Positions 38,601-48,079 of a stretch of 64,000 nt of DNA are shown here, one piece after another. The DNA lies in the IMG/VR virus record IMGVR_UViG_3300021376_000029, positions 21,289-85,288 of that record; one strand, given 5' to 3'. The notes under the pieces were generated by a model. That model saw nothing but the letters and a program-made list of their open reading frames with translations. It had not been told where the DNA came from and did no database searches. Origin of the DNA: a virus. A program made the position numbers and the translations under genes. Within the stretch, counting starts at the first letter, position 1. Each line of letters opens with the position of its first letter.

Positions 38601-41600
38601 CTCTCTTACACTTATCTGTATTTGTTGCATTGATGACAAAAGTTGGGAATGCAGGAGCAATTGCAGCAAAAGCAGTATCAATAATTTCCTGTCTGTTTAG
38701 TTGGATTAATCGGTAACCATCCTTAAATCTAGATACAGCAGTTGTTTGTGGATCACCAGGATAGGAAAAATCTGGATGTTGAACTGCAATTTCAGCAGCA
38801 GCACGGTCAATAATTTCTCGTCTATTTTGCTGGATTAATCTATAAGAATCTTTGAACCTACTTTTATCAGTAGTTTGAGGATCATTAGGATAATAAAAAT
38901 CAGGGAATAAAACAGAAATTTCTGCATTTGCACGATCTACAATTTCTTGTTTATTTGCAGAAATCAAAGCACTAGCATCACGATGTCTATTAGCACTAAC
39001 TATTGTAGATACACCAGAAGTTGTCCAGATACCAGTATTTCTAATTGGTAAAGTGATTCCAGATGGATTTGCTAATTTTGTAGTTAAAATGCCGACTAAA
39101 TTATCAACCGTATTCTGAACATCAGCACACACACCAGGATCATTATTAGTCAAATATCCATTAGGATTATTGAATAATACCGTAAATGTATTTGAAGAGT
39201 TTACAGAATAAATTTCAAACTTATCATTGAAGTTTATATTGCCAGATGGTGTTACACCTGAGATATGAACATATAAATCTGTTGGATAAGTTACACCTGA
39301 ATAAGTATATGCATATCCATGATCTCCTACTGTAGTTATAGTAGCAAGATTGTTTACATATGATATATCTGAAATATTTCTCAATTCATATGGTTCTTGG
39401 AAAATCTCATTTATTGCTAATAATATAGAAGTATTTTTTATATTTTCTGGGAATGTTCCGTCTTGAGTAGTTAATGGGTAATTAGTTTTAACATTATCAA
39501 AAGTATTTGAAATATCAGTCAGTTTAACTGCTTCTACTTGATTATCTAAGAAATTCAAAAGACTAGCTCCCAGACCTTCTATTTTCTGGGTCAATGCAGT
39601 ATTTACAATTTGAACTTCATATTTTCTATAACTTAACTGAGATTCTACAGTTATGCCACTTACTGGTATAACAATTACTGAATTTGCACTATAATCTCTC
39701 GGCAGAGTAACACTTCCAGAACCAGTGAGACCAGAATTGGTAATGCTAGAAAAATTTTCAACAGATACTTCACCAAAAAGTTTGAATCCAAGAGGATGAA
39801 GACTCTTATCAACAATTGACTTATAATCTCTTAATGACTTTGTACTTCTTATTACATAGGAAAAATCCTGATAATATCTACTGTCAATTATTTTTTGTGA
39901 TGATGCATTCAGTTTTCCAAGATCACTGTCAAAAAATCCTACTCTACTTAAATAACCAGAAATATTTCCAAAAATATCAGCAAGTTTAACTTCATGAATT
40001 TTTGATGTAGTTTGTCTGATGGATCCCGTTAAAATAGTATCAGCAAGTAGGACTCCAGTTAATAACTTAACATCAAGTAAATATGAGTTATTTCCTATTT
40101 TTTGTGTTGCATCTACTCGCACAACAGCACCATTTGATGCAGTCAAAAATTCAGAATTGCTGTAAATTTGATTAGATAAATTTGTTATAATTAATTTATA
40201 ATTAAGTATTAATTGCTTCTGTAATGTTCTATCAGAACTATACTGTGTTCCATAGTTGGCAAATCTTGTAGTCTTTACTTTTGCTATTGTATTGCTAATT
40301 GGAAAGATTTCTGGATTTGTATCAACAGCAAGGATATAATCATTATTAGTATAATTTCTACCACCATTGGTAACTTCTACAGAAACTATTCTACCATTAA
40401 CTATTGTTGGTTTTATTATAGCGCCAGAACCCGTAGAACTGATAACTTTTAATATAGTATTAGAAGAATATCTTCTTCCTTGATTTAATACTGAAATATT
40501 GTTGGTTAAAGAACCAGAAGAAAGAGAATATGTAAATTTAGCGTTATCAAGATCAGAATGAATTATACCTTCAACTAAAGGAAGTTTTTTATATCCTTCG
40601 CCACCATCAATATTTTTTATTTTTGAAATTTTACCTATAGATGATATTGATGTAGTAGTGTAAGAAACATTGCTATAAGATAAACTTTCAAGTTGCGATG
40701 AAATACTAAATTTAAACTTAGTAGGAGATATAACATCAATTACATGAGAACTAATAAAATAATTATCTCTAATATTAAAGTATGTTTTATTGTTTTCAAT
40801 TCTATTAGTTTTATCAAAATAATAAACTCTTGAAATAGAATTTATATTAAAGATTGAATAATTTATAGTAATTGTAGATCCAGAAACTCCTGGTGTACCT
40901 GATCTAACAATATTAGGTATAGCACTAATATTGCTTGAATCTTCGCTAAAAGACATAACATTACCAAAATTACTTCCATCACTTATATCAAATACATAAG
41001 TGCTACCTCTAATCATGTCTAGAGACAAATCTCTGACATAATAATTTCCTGTATTTGTTGGATCTATTTCCCAATAAATTTTTTTGGGAGTAACTGATGA
41101 TATTGTTATCTGTCTTGCACTAGGAGTAGATGAATCTGATACTACACTAGTATTAATGATAGTACCTGATAAGATTTTAACTTCTATTTTAGAATTAAGC
41201 TTATCAATACTATAAATTGTTCCAGAAATTCCAGATGAAATTAAAGAATTTCCAATTTGAATGTTATAATCATTTTGAAAATCGGGAATGTATAATTTTA
41301 CACTATTTGTTGCAGCATGTAATCTCAAAGGAGAATTTAATTGTGCTCTACTAACTGTAAACTGATTATTAGTATAATTGATACTAATAATTCTCATAAT
41401 TTCATCATTAATTAAAATATAATCATTATTTCTATATTGAGAGGCATTAATAACGTTAATTGTAGACTGATTCAAAGATACATCAACATCAAGAGTTGTT
41501 GTAATGTTAGGTTTTGTATAATGTATTGTTTGATATGTACCTACTCTTACTTTAAATGTTTTGGTTGTTTGTAAAACATTATTATCAATATTTAAAATTA

Positions 41601-44600
41601 CAGAATCTCTGTTTGATAATAGATGTGGTTGAGTAGTAGTAACAATGGCTTCATAAGGAATAGAATATTGAGGAGCACTAATTTTAGTTGGGTATGGAAA
41701 TTGAGAAATGCCATTTGTAATAGTAACACCAGAGGCAGTATATCCAGAAAGAACTGCATAAGTAACAGAACTCACAGTAACACCAAATATAGATTCAATA
41801 CTAGCTAAAGAACCAGAACCTTCAGTATTATCGCTGTTAATAAAAAGAAAATCATTAACTTTATAATCAGAACTTGAATTTGAACAAATATATGAATCTA
41901 CAGATCCTCTTTCAACGCTATTAATTAAAATTCGTGCATCAAATCCCTTATTTGGTGTATTTAAAGTTCTTATTCTTTTTGCGTCTTGTGGTAAATTAGA
42001 TTCAATTTGATTGTGTGATATAGTATTGTTTAATTTTGATGGTACTGAATTATAATTTTTTCCTATAATATAAGGGAATATTCCTTCACCAAAAGGATCA
42101 ACTGATATAAAATATGCATAAGTTCCATTCGGAAACTCAGGAGTCTTGCAAAAACGACCATTATTTTCATCTAAATCTCCAAGAGCAGAAACAAAATCAT
42201 AGTCTTCAATAAATGCTCCAAATGGATACTCAGAAACACTAGGACGATTTGATGTAGTAGTATTCAACGAATAACTACTCACCATTCTTCTTATAGTAGA
42301 AACACTGGCAGGGTTAGTATAACCATATGGACCATAAATTGGATTTCCATCATACGCCCATCCTAAAATAGGAGAATGACTAAAATTAGAATCTATTTCA
42401 GCATAATCAAAAGAAGGACCCTTAACATTATCATTTAATTCACTTCTAAGTAATTTTGGGTTAAGTGCATATGCATATTGCAATCCATAACGAACATCTG
42501 CACTATTATACAAGTAACCATTACCACCATCAACCCTTTTATTTTGAGATAACTGCCATTGTCCAGAAGTATTTCTGACATATTTTAATTTAAATACTCT
42601 ATCATAATTCCATCTTCTTACTTTTGCTGTTGCCTGTACTCCAGTACCATTTGATATTAAAGAAATTCTAATATTACTTCTATTTGAATAGTCAATTCCA
42701 CCAGATATCACGTCAATACTAGTAACAGAACCATTATTAATATTTGCTCTTGCAAAAGCACCTTTACCAGTACCAGATAAATCTGTAATTAAAACATTAG
42801 GTGCAACGATATAATTATTCCCACCATTAGTTACTGTAATATTTCTAATCTGACCCCTAACAATATCAAAATCATTGGCAATTGTTGCTGTTGCATCAAA
42901 ACCATATGCAACTTCTAAATTAAAATCATCAGTATAATTGATTCCACCATTTAATACATTAATTGATAATACTTTACCATTACTTATATTTGCACTAAAA
43001 GTAGCACCAGATCCAGTTGCACCTAAAAGTCTAAAAACAGGTTGGACATTATCCAAAAATCCATATCCATTCTGAATAAGTTCTACTGAAATTATATTAC
43101 CAAATTTTTCTGATTCTAGATCTTGGCAACTATAAGCTTCTACGCCATTTACAAACAGACCAATTGACCTATTGCCAACTGGTTGAAGTTGAGTAACTTT
43201 TTCTGTTTTAAGAGGTATTGCTTTTAATAAAAATTGATTTGATAAATTGTTACCTACACCAATAAAAGGACCTACAGGATGACTAGGTAATCCAGTAGAT
43301 GATACATAAGCAAAATTATTTGTTTTATATACTGCTCCAATTTCAGTAATGATATTTTTTATTAGATTGTTTATCACTACGTTTGAACTAGTTGCAGTAA
43401 AACCATTTTCATTAATTCTCCATGAAGTAAATTGTTTTCTGCTATCCAATACACCATTTTGAGATATTTCAATATTCTCATTCTCATTGTAATAAGAAGA
43501 ACCATCTACAATACTAGTTGATGACATGACTCCTAAGAGTCTCATTGTAATAGTATTAATTTTACTCTTAATTCCACTCTTATATCCATAAAGATACTCA
43601 GTAGTGGTAATAGATGTAAAATTTTGATGTGTAGAAGCTACTGTGTTATAAGATCCCCTAGAACAATCAAAAAATTGATTAAACGATTTATAGCGGTACG
43701 TTATAACTTCATTATTAATCTGTATAACACCATTTTCCTCTGGGAACCCAATAGTGCTATCTACAGTAATAGTAGTATCATTTGGTGTTAACTGCTTTCT
43801 CAAGATTGTTTCTTGAGGCACAGAAAAATTCTGTCTATTTAAAATATTCAGTCTTATTTCGTAAATATTTTTATTTCCAGAAGCATAGTTTGTGATGTTA
43901 TTTACTAAAATACTATCAACAACTGCAGTAACTTGTATGTTCCCTGTAATATCAGTTTGAATTAATTCATTTCCGACTAAATCATACGGATTTCCTATTA
44001 TAGATTCTACTTTGATAATATCATCTACTGTCCAATCAGAATATGATGATTTTATCAGATAATCTTTTGGATATCTAATTTCAATTTCTTCATCAAAGAT
44101 AGATCTGAATAAAAATTGAATTGATACGTTAGTTCCTTTGTAACTATAAAAATCTTTTATATTTTCTAAGATAGTTACAATATCAATATCAGAATCTATC
44201 CTTTTATATGGGAATCCTTCTAAATATTGCTCTTCATAATTTTTTAAAATGGAATATAAAAATAAATTAGATAAATTAATTACACTGGTTCCAGAAAAAT
44301 GAGATGCCGCTACAGATTGCTGTACTTTAGTACCAAAATCTTTTAATTCAGTTGTTGCTGAATAACCTCTATAACAATTTAAAAGAGTTTTAGTGCGATA
44401 ATTAATATCTTTATAAAAAATTATTTCATTATCAATTTGTATAATTCCTTCACTTTTAACAAAACCATCTGTTGATTTTAACCTTATAGTAGTTTGAGTA
44501 GCAGATATATTTTGATCTAATGATGAAGTTTTTATTAGATTATTTTTTGACAAATGATCTAGATCTTTATATTCTATAATATTTTCAGATATATCAAGAA

Positions 44601-44730
44601 TTCCGCCTCTTATCTCAAGGGACTTATAGTACTCTTCAAAAAATTTTACAAAAGTAGGAAATTCATTGACAATAAAATCTGGTAATAAGTGTTCAATAAA
44701 ATCTGAAACGGTTAACTTTGCAAAACTCAT
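35632..44730 (-). CDS. gp7: Baseplate wedge initiator gp7-like (expanded, multidomain)
   Basis: LPDFI..F..FFEEYY, FYSYKGT..SIQFLFR, DSRYYQDFSYVI..LHPLGFK; lies between gp6 and gp8; has a YHYH-like HSPILGWAYDGNPIYGPYGY block. Confidence 0.85.
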   Translation of the reverse strand: MSFAKLTVSDFIEHLLPDFIVNEFPTFVKFFEEYYKSLEIRGGILDISENIIEYKDLDHLSKNNLIKTSSLDQNISATQTTIRLKSTDGFVKSEGIIQIDNEIIFYKDINYRTKTLLNCYRGYSATTELKDFGTKVQQSVAASHFSGTSVINLSNLFLYSILKNYEEQYLEGFPYKRIDSDIDIVTILENIKDFYSYKGTNVSIQFLFRSIFDEEIEIRYPKDYLIKSSYSDWTVDDIIKVESIIGNPYDLVGNELIQTDITGNIQVTAVVDSILVNNITNYASGNKNIYEIRLNILNRQNFSVPQETILRKQLTPNDTTITVDSTIGFPEENGVIQINNEVITYRYKSFNQFFDCSRGSYNTVASTHQNFTSITTTEYLYGYKSGIKSKINTITMRLLGVMSSTSIVDGSSYYNENENIEISQNGVLDSRKQFTSWRINENGFTATSSNVVINNLIKNIITEIGAVYKTNNFAYVSSTGLPSHPVGPFIGVGNNLSNQFLLKAIPLKTEKVTQLQPVGNRSIGLFVNGVEAYSCQDLESEKFGNIISVELIQNGYGFLDNVQPVFRLLGATGSGATFSANISNGKVLSINVLNGGINYTDDFNLEVAYGFDATATIANDFDIVRGQIRNITVTNGGNNYIVAPNVLITDLSGTGKGAFARANINNGSVTSIDVISGGIDYSNRSNIRISLISNGTGVQATAKVRRWNYDRVFKLKYVRNTSGQWQLSQNKRVDGGNGYLYNSADVRYGLQYAYALNPKLLRSELNDNVKGPSFDYAEIDSNFSHSPILGWAYDGNPIYGPYGYTNPASVSTIRRMVSSYSLNTTTSNRPSVSEYPFGAFIEDYDFVSALGDLDENNGRFCKTPEFPNGTYAYFISVDPFGEGIFPYIIGKNYNSVPSKLNNTISHNQIESNLPQDAKRIRTLNTPNKGFDARILINSVERGSVDSYICSNSSSDYKVNDFLFINSDNTEGSGSLASIESIFGVTVSSVTYAVLSGYTASGVTITNGISQFPYPTKISAPQYSIPYEAIVTTTQPHLLSNRDSVILNIDNNVLQTTKTFKVRVGTYQTIHYTKPNITTTLDVDVSLNQSTINVINASQYRNNDYILINDEIMRIISINYTNNQFTVSRAQLNSPLRLHAATNSVKLYIPDFQNDYNIQIGNSLISSGISGTIYSIDKLNSKIEVKILSGTIINTSVVSDSSTPSARQITISSVTPKKIYWEIDPTNTGNYYVRDLSLDMIRGSTYVFDISDGSNFGNVMSFSEDSSNISAIPNIVRSGTPGVSGSTITINYSIFNINSISRVYYFDKTNRIENNKTYFNIRDNYFISSHVIDVISPTKFKFSISSQLESLSYSNVSYTTTSISSIGKISKIKNIDGGEGYKKLPLVEGIIHSDLDNAKFTYSLSSGSLTNNISVLNQGRRYSSNTILKVISSTGSGAIIKPTIVNGRIVSVEVTNGGRNYTNNDYILAVDTNPEIFPISNTIAKVKTTRFANYGTQYSSDRTLQKQLILNYKLIITNLSNQIYSNSEFLTASNGAVVRVDATQKIGNNSYLLDVKLLTGVLLADTILTGSIRQTTSKIHEVKLADIFGNISGYLSRVGFFDSDLGKLNASSQKIIDSRYYQDFSYVIRSTKSLRDYKSIVDKSLHPLGFKLFGEVSVENFSSITNSGLTGSGSVTLPRDYSANSVIVIPVSGITVESQLSYRKYEVQIVNTALTQKIEGLGASLLNFLDNQVEAVKLTDISNTFDNVKTNYPLTTQDGTFPENIKNTSILLAINEIFQEPYELRNISDISYVNNLATITTVGDHGYAYTYSGVTYPTDLYVHISGVTPSGNINFNDKFEIYSVNSSNTFTVLFNNPNGYLTNNDPGVCADVQNTVDNLVGILTTKLANPSGITLPIRNTGIWTTSGVSTIVSANRHRDASALISANKQEIVDRANAEISVLFPDFYYPNDPQTTDKSRFKDSYRLIQQNRREIIDRAAAEIAVQHPDFSYPGDPQTTAVSRFKDGYRLIQLNRQEIIDTAFAAIAPAFPTFVINATNTDKCKRDIGIFIDSVSLDIAQAGGNVYSRQFVLSYFNNGSPITNGLVGEEAQSVLAFNKARDEMKKAVANQLTIKDLTITSGAANYGGTGGNVSNTSPTACSDIQTAITNLTLIITSHITAGNVTGLPAESVSTTVPAGEAKCKRDIGIFIDAVSLDVHVGSNRYVIEFLKQYFNATGTSLTSNGLQGEIAESITAFNKARDVMKLAITNQLFTKDLTITADPLPASGVSSNTNPTSCTNVRNNIDILSGIVTFHLNQGSLTYPTPIPAVSSGTTASGETKCKRDIGIIVDAVVLDLFYGGNSNILDATNSYLTTSGNTLISNGVQGEVSESIVAFNKAKNMMKLALANQLYVKDFNILPDFLGTSDTILSSRLTNAKVIKGQFEFNTTNNTLRMYEPPKEGSTFYSVLYKLTNSSDDIRYSYKLKNILFDGVTKEFNLYKLDGANLVTEQDENLLIFVDGVLQIYGESYIINRSVYPNKIVFYESFDASRNFFGYSFSKYKMLNNISDQFNDRQTVFELKYQDDIIKLPDVHQLLILLDGVPQNENDTYTISDNILTFKEAPTKGKKCNLLYFYGKTFDKTISIWNGKVFEDIHYIGENTIDGCRYLKKVNQTYEYLKPGDLIKIQGETPKELISIEQNVLEQGDDLLYTAFVYTDNSYIKGKNAVATAVVSGVAVSGANPVSVSGTTSISGTVSIPSVYNNLITRIDVNNGGMEYETAPIVLFKPACGNPGTGAEAYSTIENGRVVSVTITNPGSGYTTAPEIIFAKRYELIRKKPVYDFKDIIIDMKANDGIALLTSAGLTGSTAIGSEEKYEIPVIQTSISSTKVTTIETENRTNRDVSRPALAYVLNTFEENKFKYEPLNINDPLSSYLGTNVNIENVSRYAPNLTIADFVNRPGSTTGASDNIIINYGEDSYISFGLTLASGITDLDQTILISGNTYNLPPSGYIEFGDETIFYSSIFSGQLLNCQRGVLNTSSTSHNQGDYMRLAWRG

Positions 44731-44731
44731 T

Positions 44732-46585
44732 TTAGTTTACTTCTGGTAATATCTGGAAATTGCTATTATCTACTAAAAGTTCCAAATAAACTTCTCTAAC
44801 GGCATAAATATCTGGATTTTTTGGAATTACAGTAACAAAAATTTCATTATTATCATTACTACCTTTGGTTATTTGTAAAAGGTCTATTCTAACTTCACCT
44901 TTCGCAAAATTTATATTTCCAATATTGTCAATTCGTATTATTTTGGTAGCAGTTATCGGATTAATACTATATATTCTAATTGTTCCATCAGTAGTATTCT
45001 CAAGATATACGTCTATACCAGGGAAGTTGGCAACCCTAAAAGCAGATGAAACTATATTAGTCTCATCATTGCATTTCTGAAGAAGAGGATTAACAAAACA
45101 AAGTAAATATTGAGCATTTGTATTTAATGCTGGTTGCAATCTTTTTCTTAAAGATAAATTAGTCACATTTGATGTAATTGAATCTTCTGATGAATCTATC
45201 ACAGTGCTTAATTTACTTTTCTTAATCGCACCACCGAATTTATTTAAATTGTTAGTATCACGATATTGTATCAAATTTTGACTTACAGTGTTCTTTATTT
45301 GTTCTGGAGTTAAATTAGTACTTGCTGAATTATAAGAAATTCTAGAATCCATCAATATTTCAATAATTGATGGATCAATTATAACAGGAGTTACAGAAGC
45401 AACTGTATAGGTTTTTAATTTAGTTAAAATATCTCTTTTAGTTGAATTACTTAATTTAGTTGAATATTTTGGTTTAATAGCAATTTTTACTCTACCATAT
45501 TCTGGGGGAGATTCAGTCTCACCACCATATACAATAATATCAGCAATAGAAGAATAAAGTTTCTTAGTGATAATTTTATAATCATCTAATGTAACTGCTC
45601 TATTCTGTGAAGAGTAGAATTGAGGGGCATTTACCTTAATTTCATCTGAAGACTCAGCATCATCGCCACCTTCACTTTTTGAAACTAAAGTTAGAGTGAT
45701 GTTTTGAAGAACTCTATTTAAATTCTCATCATATATTTCACCAGAAAATACAAAAGATCTAATATCATTGGCAGAAGATCCCATTGATGAAAGATAGGTA
45801 ACTTCTATAATTTCGCCATTTTCAAGTTTTCTTCCAATTACGCCATCCCCAAAAACTAATTCATAACGCATGTCAGAAATTTCACGAACAAAAAATATAG
45901 TATCAGTTGATTTTACATTTAAGATATTATCAGCTTGAGTATAAGTAGTTAACTTTGATGAAGTAGCAGATTCTCTTACTTTAATTCTTATAGAACTGGT
46001 ATCAATATTTTGGGTTGTTAAAATAAATTTTTGATTTGAAATAGTATTATCTACTGTAAACTTAAAGTTTAAATATACACCTTCTGTTATCTTAAGTTGA
46101 TTAATCCCTTCAATATTAGATAAGTAAGAAATATTGTTTATTACAGGAGCAACAATATCCTCTAATATTGAGAATTGATAAGTTTCAGATCTGTTTTCTG
46201 AATTTGATGCAATAAAACAGTTGCCTTTTTTTAGAGTTAAAAATTTGGGTACTAACCTTGGATCTATAGCGGCAACAGAAGAATAATCAACCTTTAGTTG
46301 AACATATGCATTTGCAGAAGTTCTTGATTTGGGTGTATATCCTAATTGTCTAGCTATTTTTACAATATTGTCTCTTAATGAGGCTGATGTAAGAAAAGTT
46401 TCATTAACTGCCATCGTAGTATTGAAGGCAGTATAATAAGTATTATATGCTAATAGATCAAGAATAGACGATAAAGTAGATGATTCAAAATCATAGTCAG
46501 TAAAATCTGTATTGCGCCTCAGGTACTCACGCAATGTAATTTTTATATCTGTAAAATCTAAAGAACTGACTTGAGTGAATGCCAT
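44732..46585 (-). CDS. gp6: Baseplate wedge subunit gp6
   Basis: LDFTDIK..L..FTDYDFE.S.LS.ILDLLAYNTYY, FGDGVIG, QNRAVT.DDY. Confidence 0.93.
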   Translation of the reverse strand: MAFTQVSSLDFTDIKITLREYLRRNTDFTDYDFESSTLSSILDLLAYNTYYTAFNTTMAVNETFLTSASLRDNIVKIARQLGYTPKSRTSANAYVQLKVDYSSVAAIDPRLVPKFLTLKKGNCFIASNSENRSETYQFSILEDIVAPVINNISYLSNIEGINQLKITEGVYLNFKFTVDNTISNQKFILTTQNIDTSSIRIKVRESATSSKLTTYTQADNILNVKSTDTIFFVREISDMRYELVFGDGVIGRKLENGEIIEVTYLSSMGSSANDIRSFVFSGEIYDENLNRVLQNITLTLVSKSEGGDDAESSDEIKVNAPQFYSSQNRAVTLDDYKIITKKLYSSIADIIVYGGETESPPEYGRVKIAIKPKYSTKLSNSTKRDILTKLKTYTVASVTPVIIDPSIIEILMDSRISYNSASTNLTPEQIKNTVSQNLIQYRDTNNLNKFGGAIKKSKLSTVIDSSEDSITSNVTNLSLRKRLQPALNTNAQYLLCFVNPLLQKCNDETNIVSSAFRVANFPGIDVYLENTTDGTIRIYSINPITATKIIRIDNIGNINFAKGEVRIDLLQITKGSNDNNEIFVTVIPKNPDIYAVREVYLELLVDNSNFQILPEVN

Positions 46586-46990
46586 TTATACTTTGCTTGA
46601 GGAAGTTAAAGACAAATTAACATTATAAAATTTTGGAGAAATGTCTGGTATAGAATAATTAATTTCAATTTCATATGTATTCTCATCATCATTCAAATTT
46701 ATTGCTATATCTAATAAATTAACTCTAGGTTCATATGACTGAATCAAATTTATAATATTTTCTTTGATGGAACCAGCAGTTACAAAATCAAAAGGTTCAA
46801 ACAGCAAATCAGGAATACCACTCCCAAAAGTTGAGTTAAAAAACTTTTCACCTTTTCTATAAGAGAAAAGATTTAATAAGGAACGCTTGATAGCATTCTC
46901 ATTTTTTAGAATGACAAGATCTTTTTTTAAAGGATTTGTCTTAAAAGTAAAGCTCAAGTCCTTATATGATCTTGACGGTTTTAACGCCAT
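46586..46990 (-). CDS. gp25: Baseplate wedge subunit gp25
   Basis: YKDL..F..NP..NENAIKRS..GEKFF..FGS..LLFE..YEPRV. Confidence 0.93.
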   Translation of the reverse strand: MALKPSRSYKDLSFTFKTNPLKKDLVILKNENAIKRSLLNLFSYRKGEKFFNSTFGSGIPDLLFEPFDFVTAGSIKENIINLIQSYEPRVNLLDIAINLNDDENTYEIEINYSIPDISPKFYNVNLSLTSSSKV

Positions 46991-47018
46991 TTTTAATAAT
47001 AGTTTTATTTATTTATCG

Positions 47019-47225
47019 TCATTCATGCCACCTCTCTACATAATCATCAAAACCACCTTTACCGCCACAAGGTCTTGAATATCTATCTGACGGTGGTTGA
47101 TTAACATGTTCTTGATTTGTGTTAATTTTTTGGTTATTTGGTAACATGTAATCGGTAATTAACCGATTTGTGCCCCAATTTTGTTTCATAAACTCAACAT
47201 CACGATCTACTTGGTATTTTGCCAT
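47019..47225 (-). CDS. Hypothetical protein
   Basis: 68 aa with AGGAG RBS; WGT..LITDY motif. Confidence 0.7.
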   Translation of the reverse strand: MAKYQVDRDVEFMKQNWGTNRLITDYMLPNNQKINTNQEHVNQPPSDRYSRPCGGKGGFDDYVERWHE

Positions 47226-47269
47226 CTGTTTTCTCCTAAAAAGGTTAAACAGAACTTTTTACGGGGTTG

Positions 47270-47728
47270 CTATCCCGAATTTTTGACCATTTCGTAGTCA
47301 TCACCAAGAATTTCTCTTAAGTATGCGTCATTCCAGTGGTGATAATATCCTGTTTTTGCTAATTTTTCTCTATTTTTTTGTAAATCTTTTTTATTTTGCA
47401 TCAAAATAAGGTTATATTTACCATTATTTGACTGAATTCCATTGATGTAAGTGTTATAAGTAGCACAATCTTCTAAAAATATGTAGTCTGGAAACTTTTT
47501 ATTGTAAAATTCTACCCAAAATTGAATACTAGTTAGGTCAAGATAGTCCTCAACCACATAAAAAACGACATCATACCCAGAAACAGGCATGATGTCCTCT
47601 GCTTGACACTCCACATTTAAGGTTTTTGCTTTAGAGGCAAAAGGACAAACTGCAAAACCTTCTAATTCTGGACGAACTTCAGATATTCTTGCAATCCACT
47701 CCTGTATATCTGCCTCAATTTGATTCAT
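47270..47728 (-). CDS. Hypothetical protein (DUF1415-like CPFA motif)
   Basis: WI..L.GFAVCPFA..LILMQ..L..R.KL..GYY..W. Confidence 0.6.
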   Translation of the reverse strand: MNQIEADIQEWIARISEVRPELEGFAVCPFASKAKTLNVECQAEDIMPVSGYDVVFYVVEDYLDLTSIQFWVEFYNKKFPDYIFLEDCATYNTYINGIQSNNGKYNLILMQNKKDLQKNREKLAKTGYYHHWNDAYLREILGDDYEMVKNSG

Positions 47729-47883
47729 TTATTGTTTGGATGTACTTGTTCTGCAACTGGTTTACCAGCAACCCATCCAAAAACTTTGGGTTCGGTATCT
47801 TCAACTTCAATGGTATCTAATTCATCAACAATATCATCGTTATTTACATCAGTAGTTGCTTGTACAGTCTTTTTACGTGCCAT
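47725..47883 (-). CDS. Small hypothetical protein (52 aa)
   Basis: Manual translation MARKKTVQATTDVNNDDIVDELD...; TAATG and ATGA couplings at both ends. Confidence 0.7.
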   Translation of the reverse strand: MARKKTVQATTDVNNDDIVDELDTIEVEDTEPKVFGWVAGKPVAEQVHPNNK

Positions 47884-48026
47884 TAGTTTCCCTGTCCTCG
47901 GTAACGTTTCTTTGCTCCATTACGTGAGCTTGCACTGTATTTAGTATGCTTACCAGCTCCCTGACGACTTTTTTTAGGTTTAGATTCAATTACAACTTTA
48001 TTAGTGAGTGAAGGACGCTTTGCCAT
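47883..48026 (-). CDS. Small very basic protein (47 aa, ending KKRYRGQGN)
   Basis: Manual translation MAKRPSLTNKVVIESKPKKSRQGAGKHTKYSASSRNGAKKRYRGQGN. Confidence 0.8.
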   Translation of the reverse strand: MAKRPSLTNKVVIESKPKKSRQGAGKHTKYSASSRNGAKKRYRGQGN

Positions 48027-48050
48027 GGTTTATGAAGTACGACAATCTAT

Positions 48051-48079
48051 ATTGTAATGCTCTTTAAAAAATTTGTCAA
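48051..48079 (-). promoter_or_regulatory. sigma70-type promoter
   Basis: TTGACA(48079-48074)-17-TACAAT(48056-48051). Confidence 0.75.

Noticed and set aside
26415-46585. Introns, inteins or homing endonucleases in the large structural genes
   Set aside because: Reading frames are continuous and no intein splice motifs or HNH, GIY-YIG or LAGLIDADG signatures were recognised.
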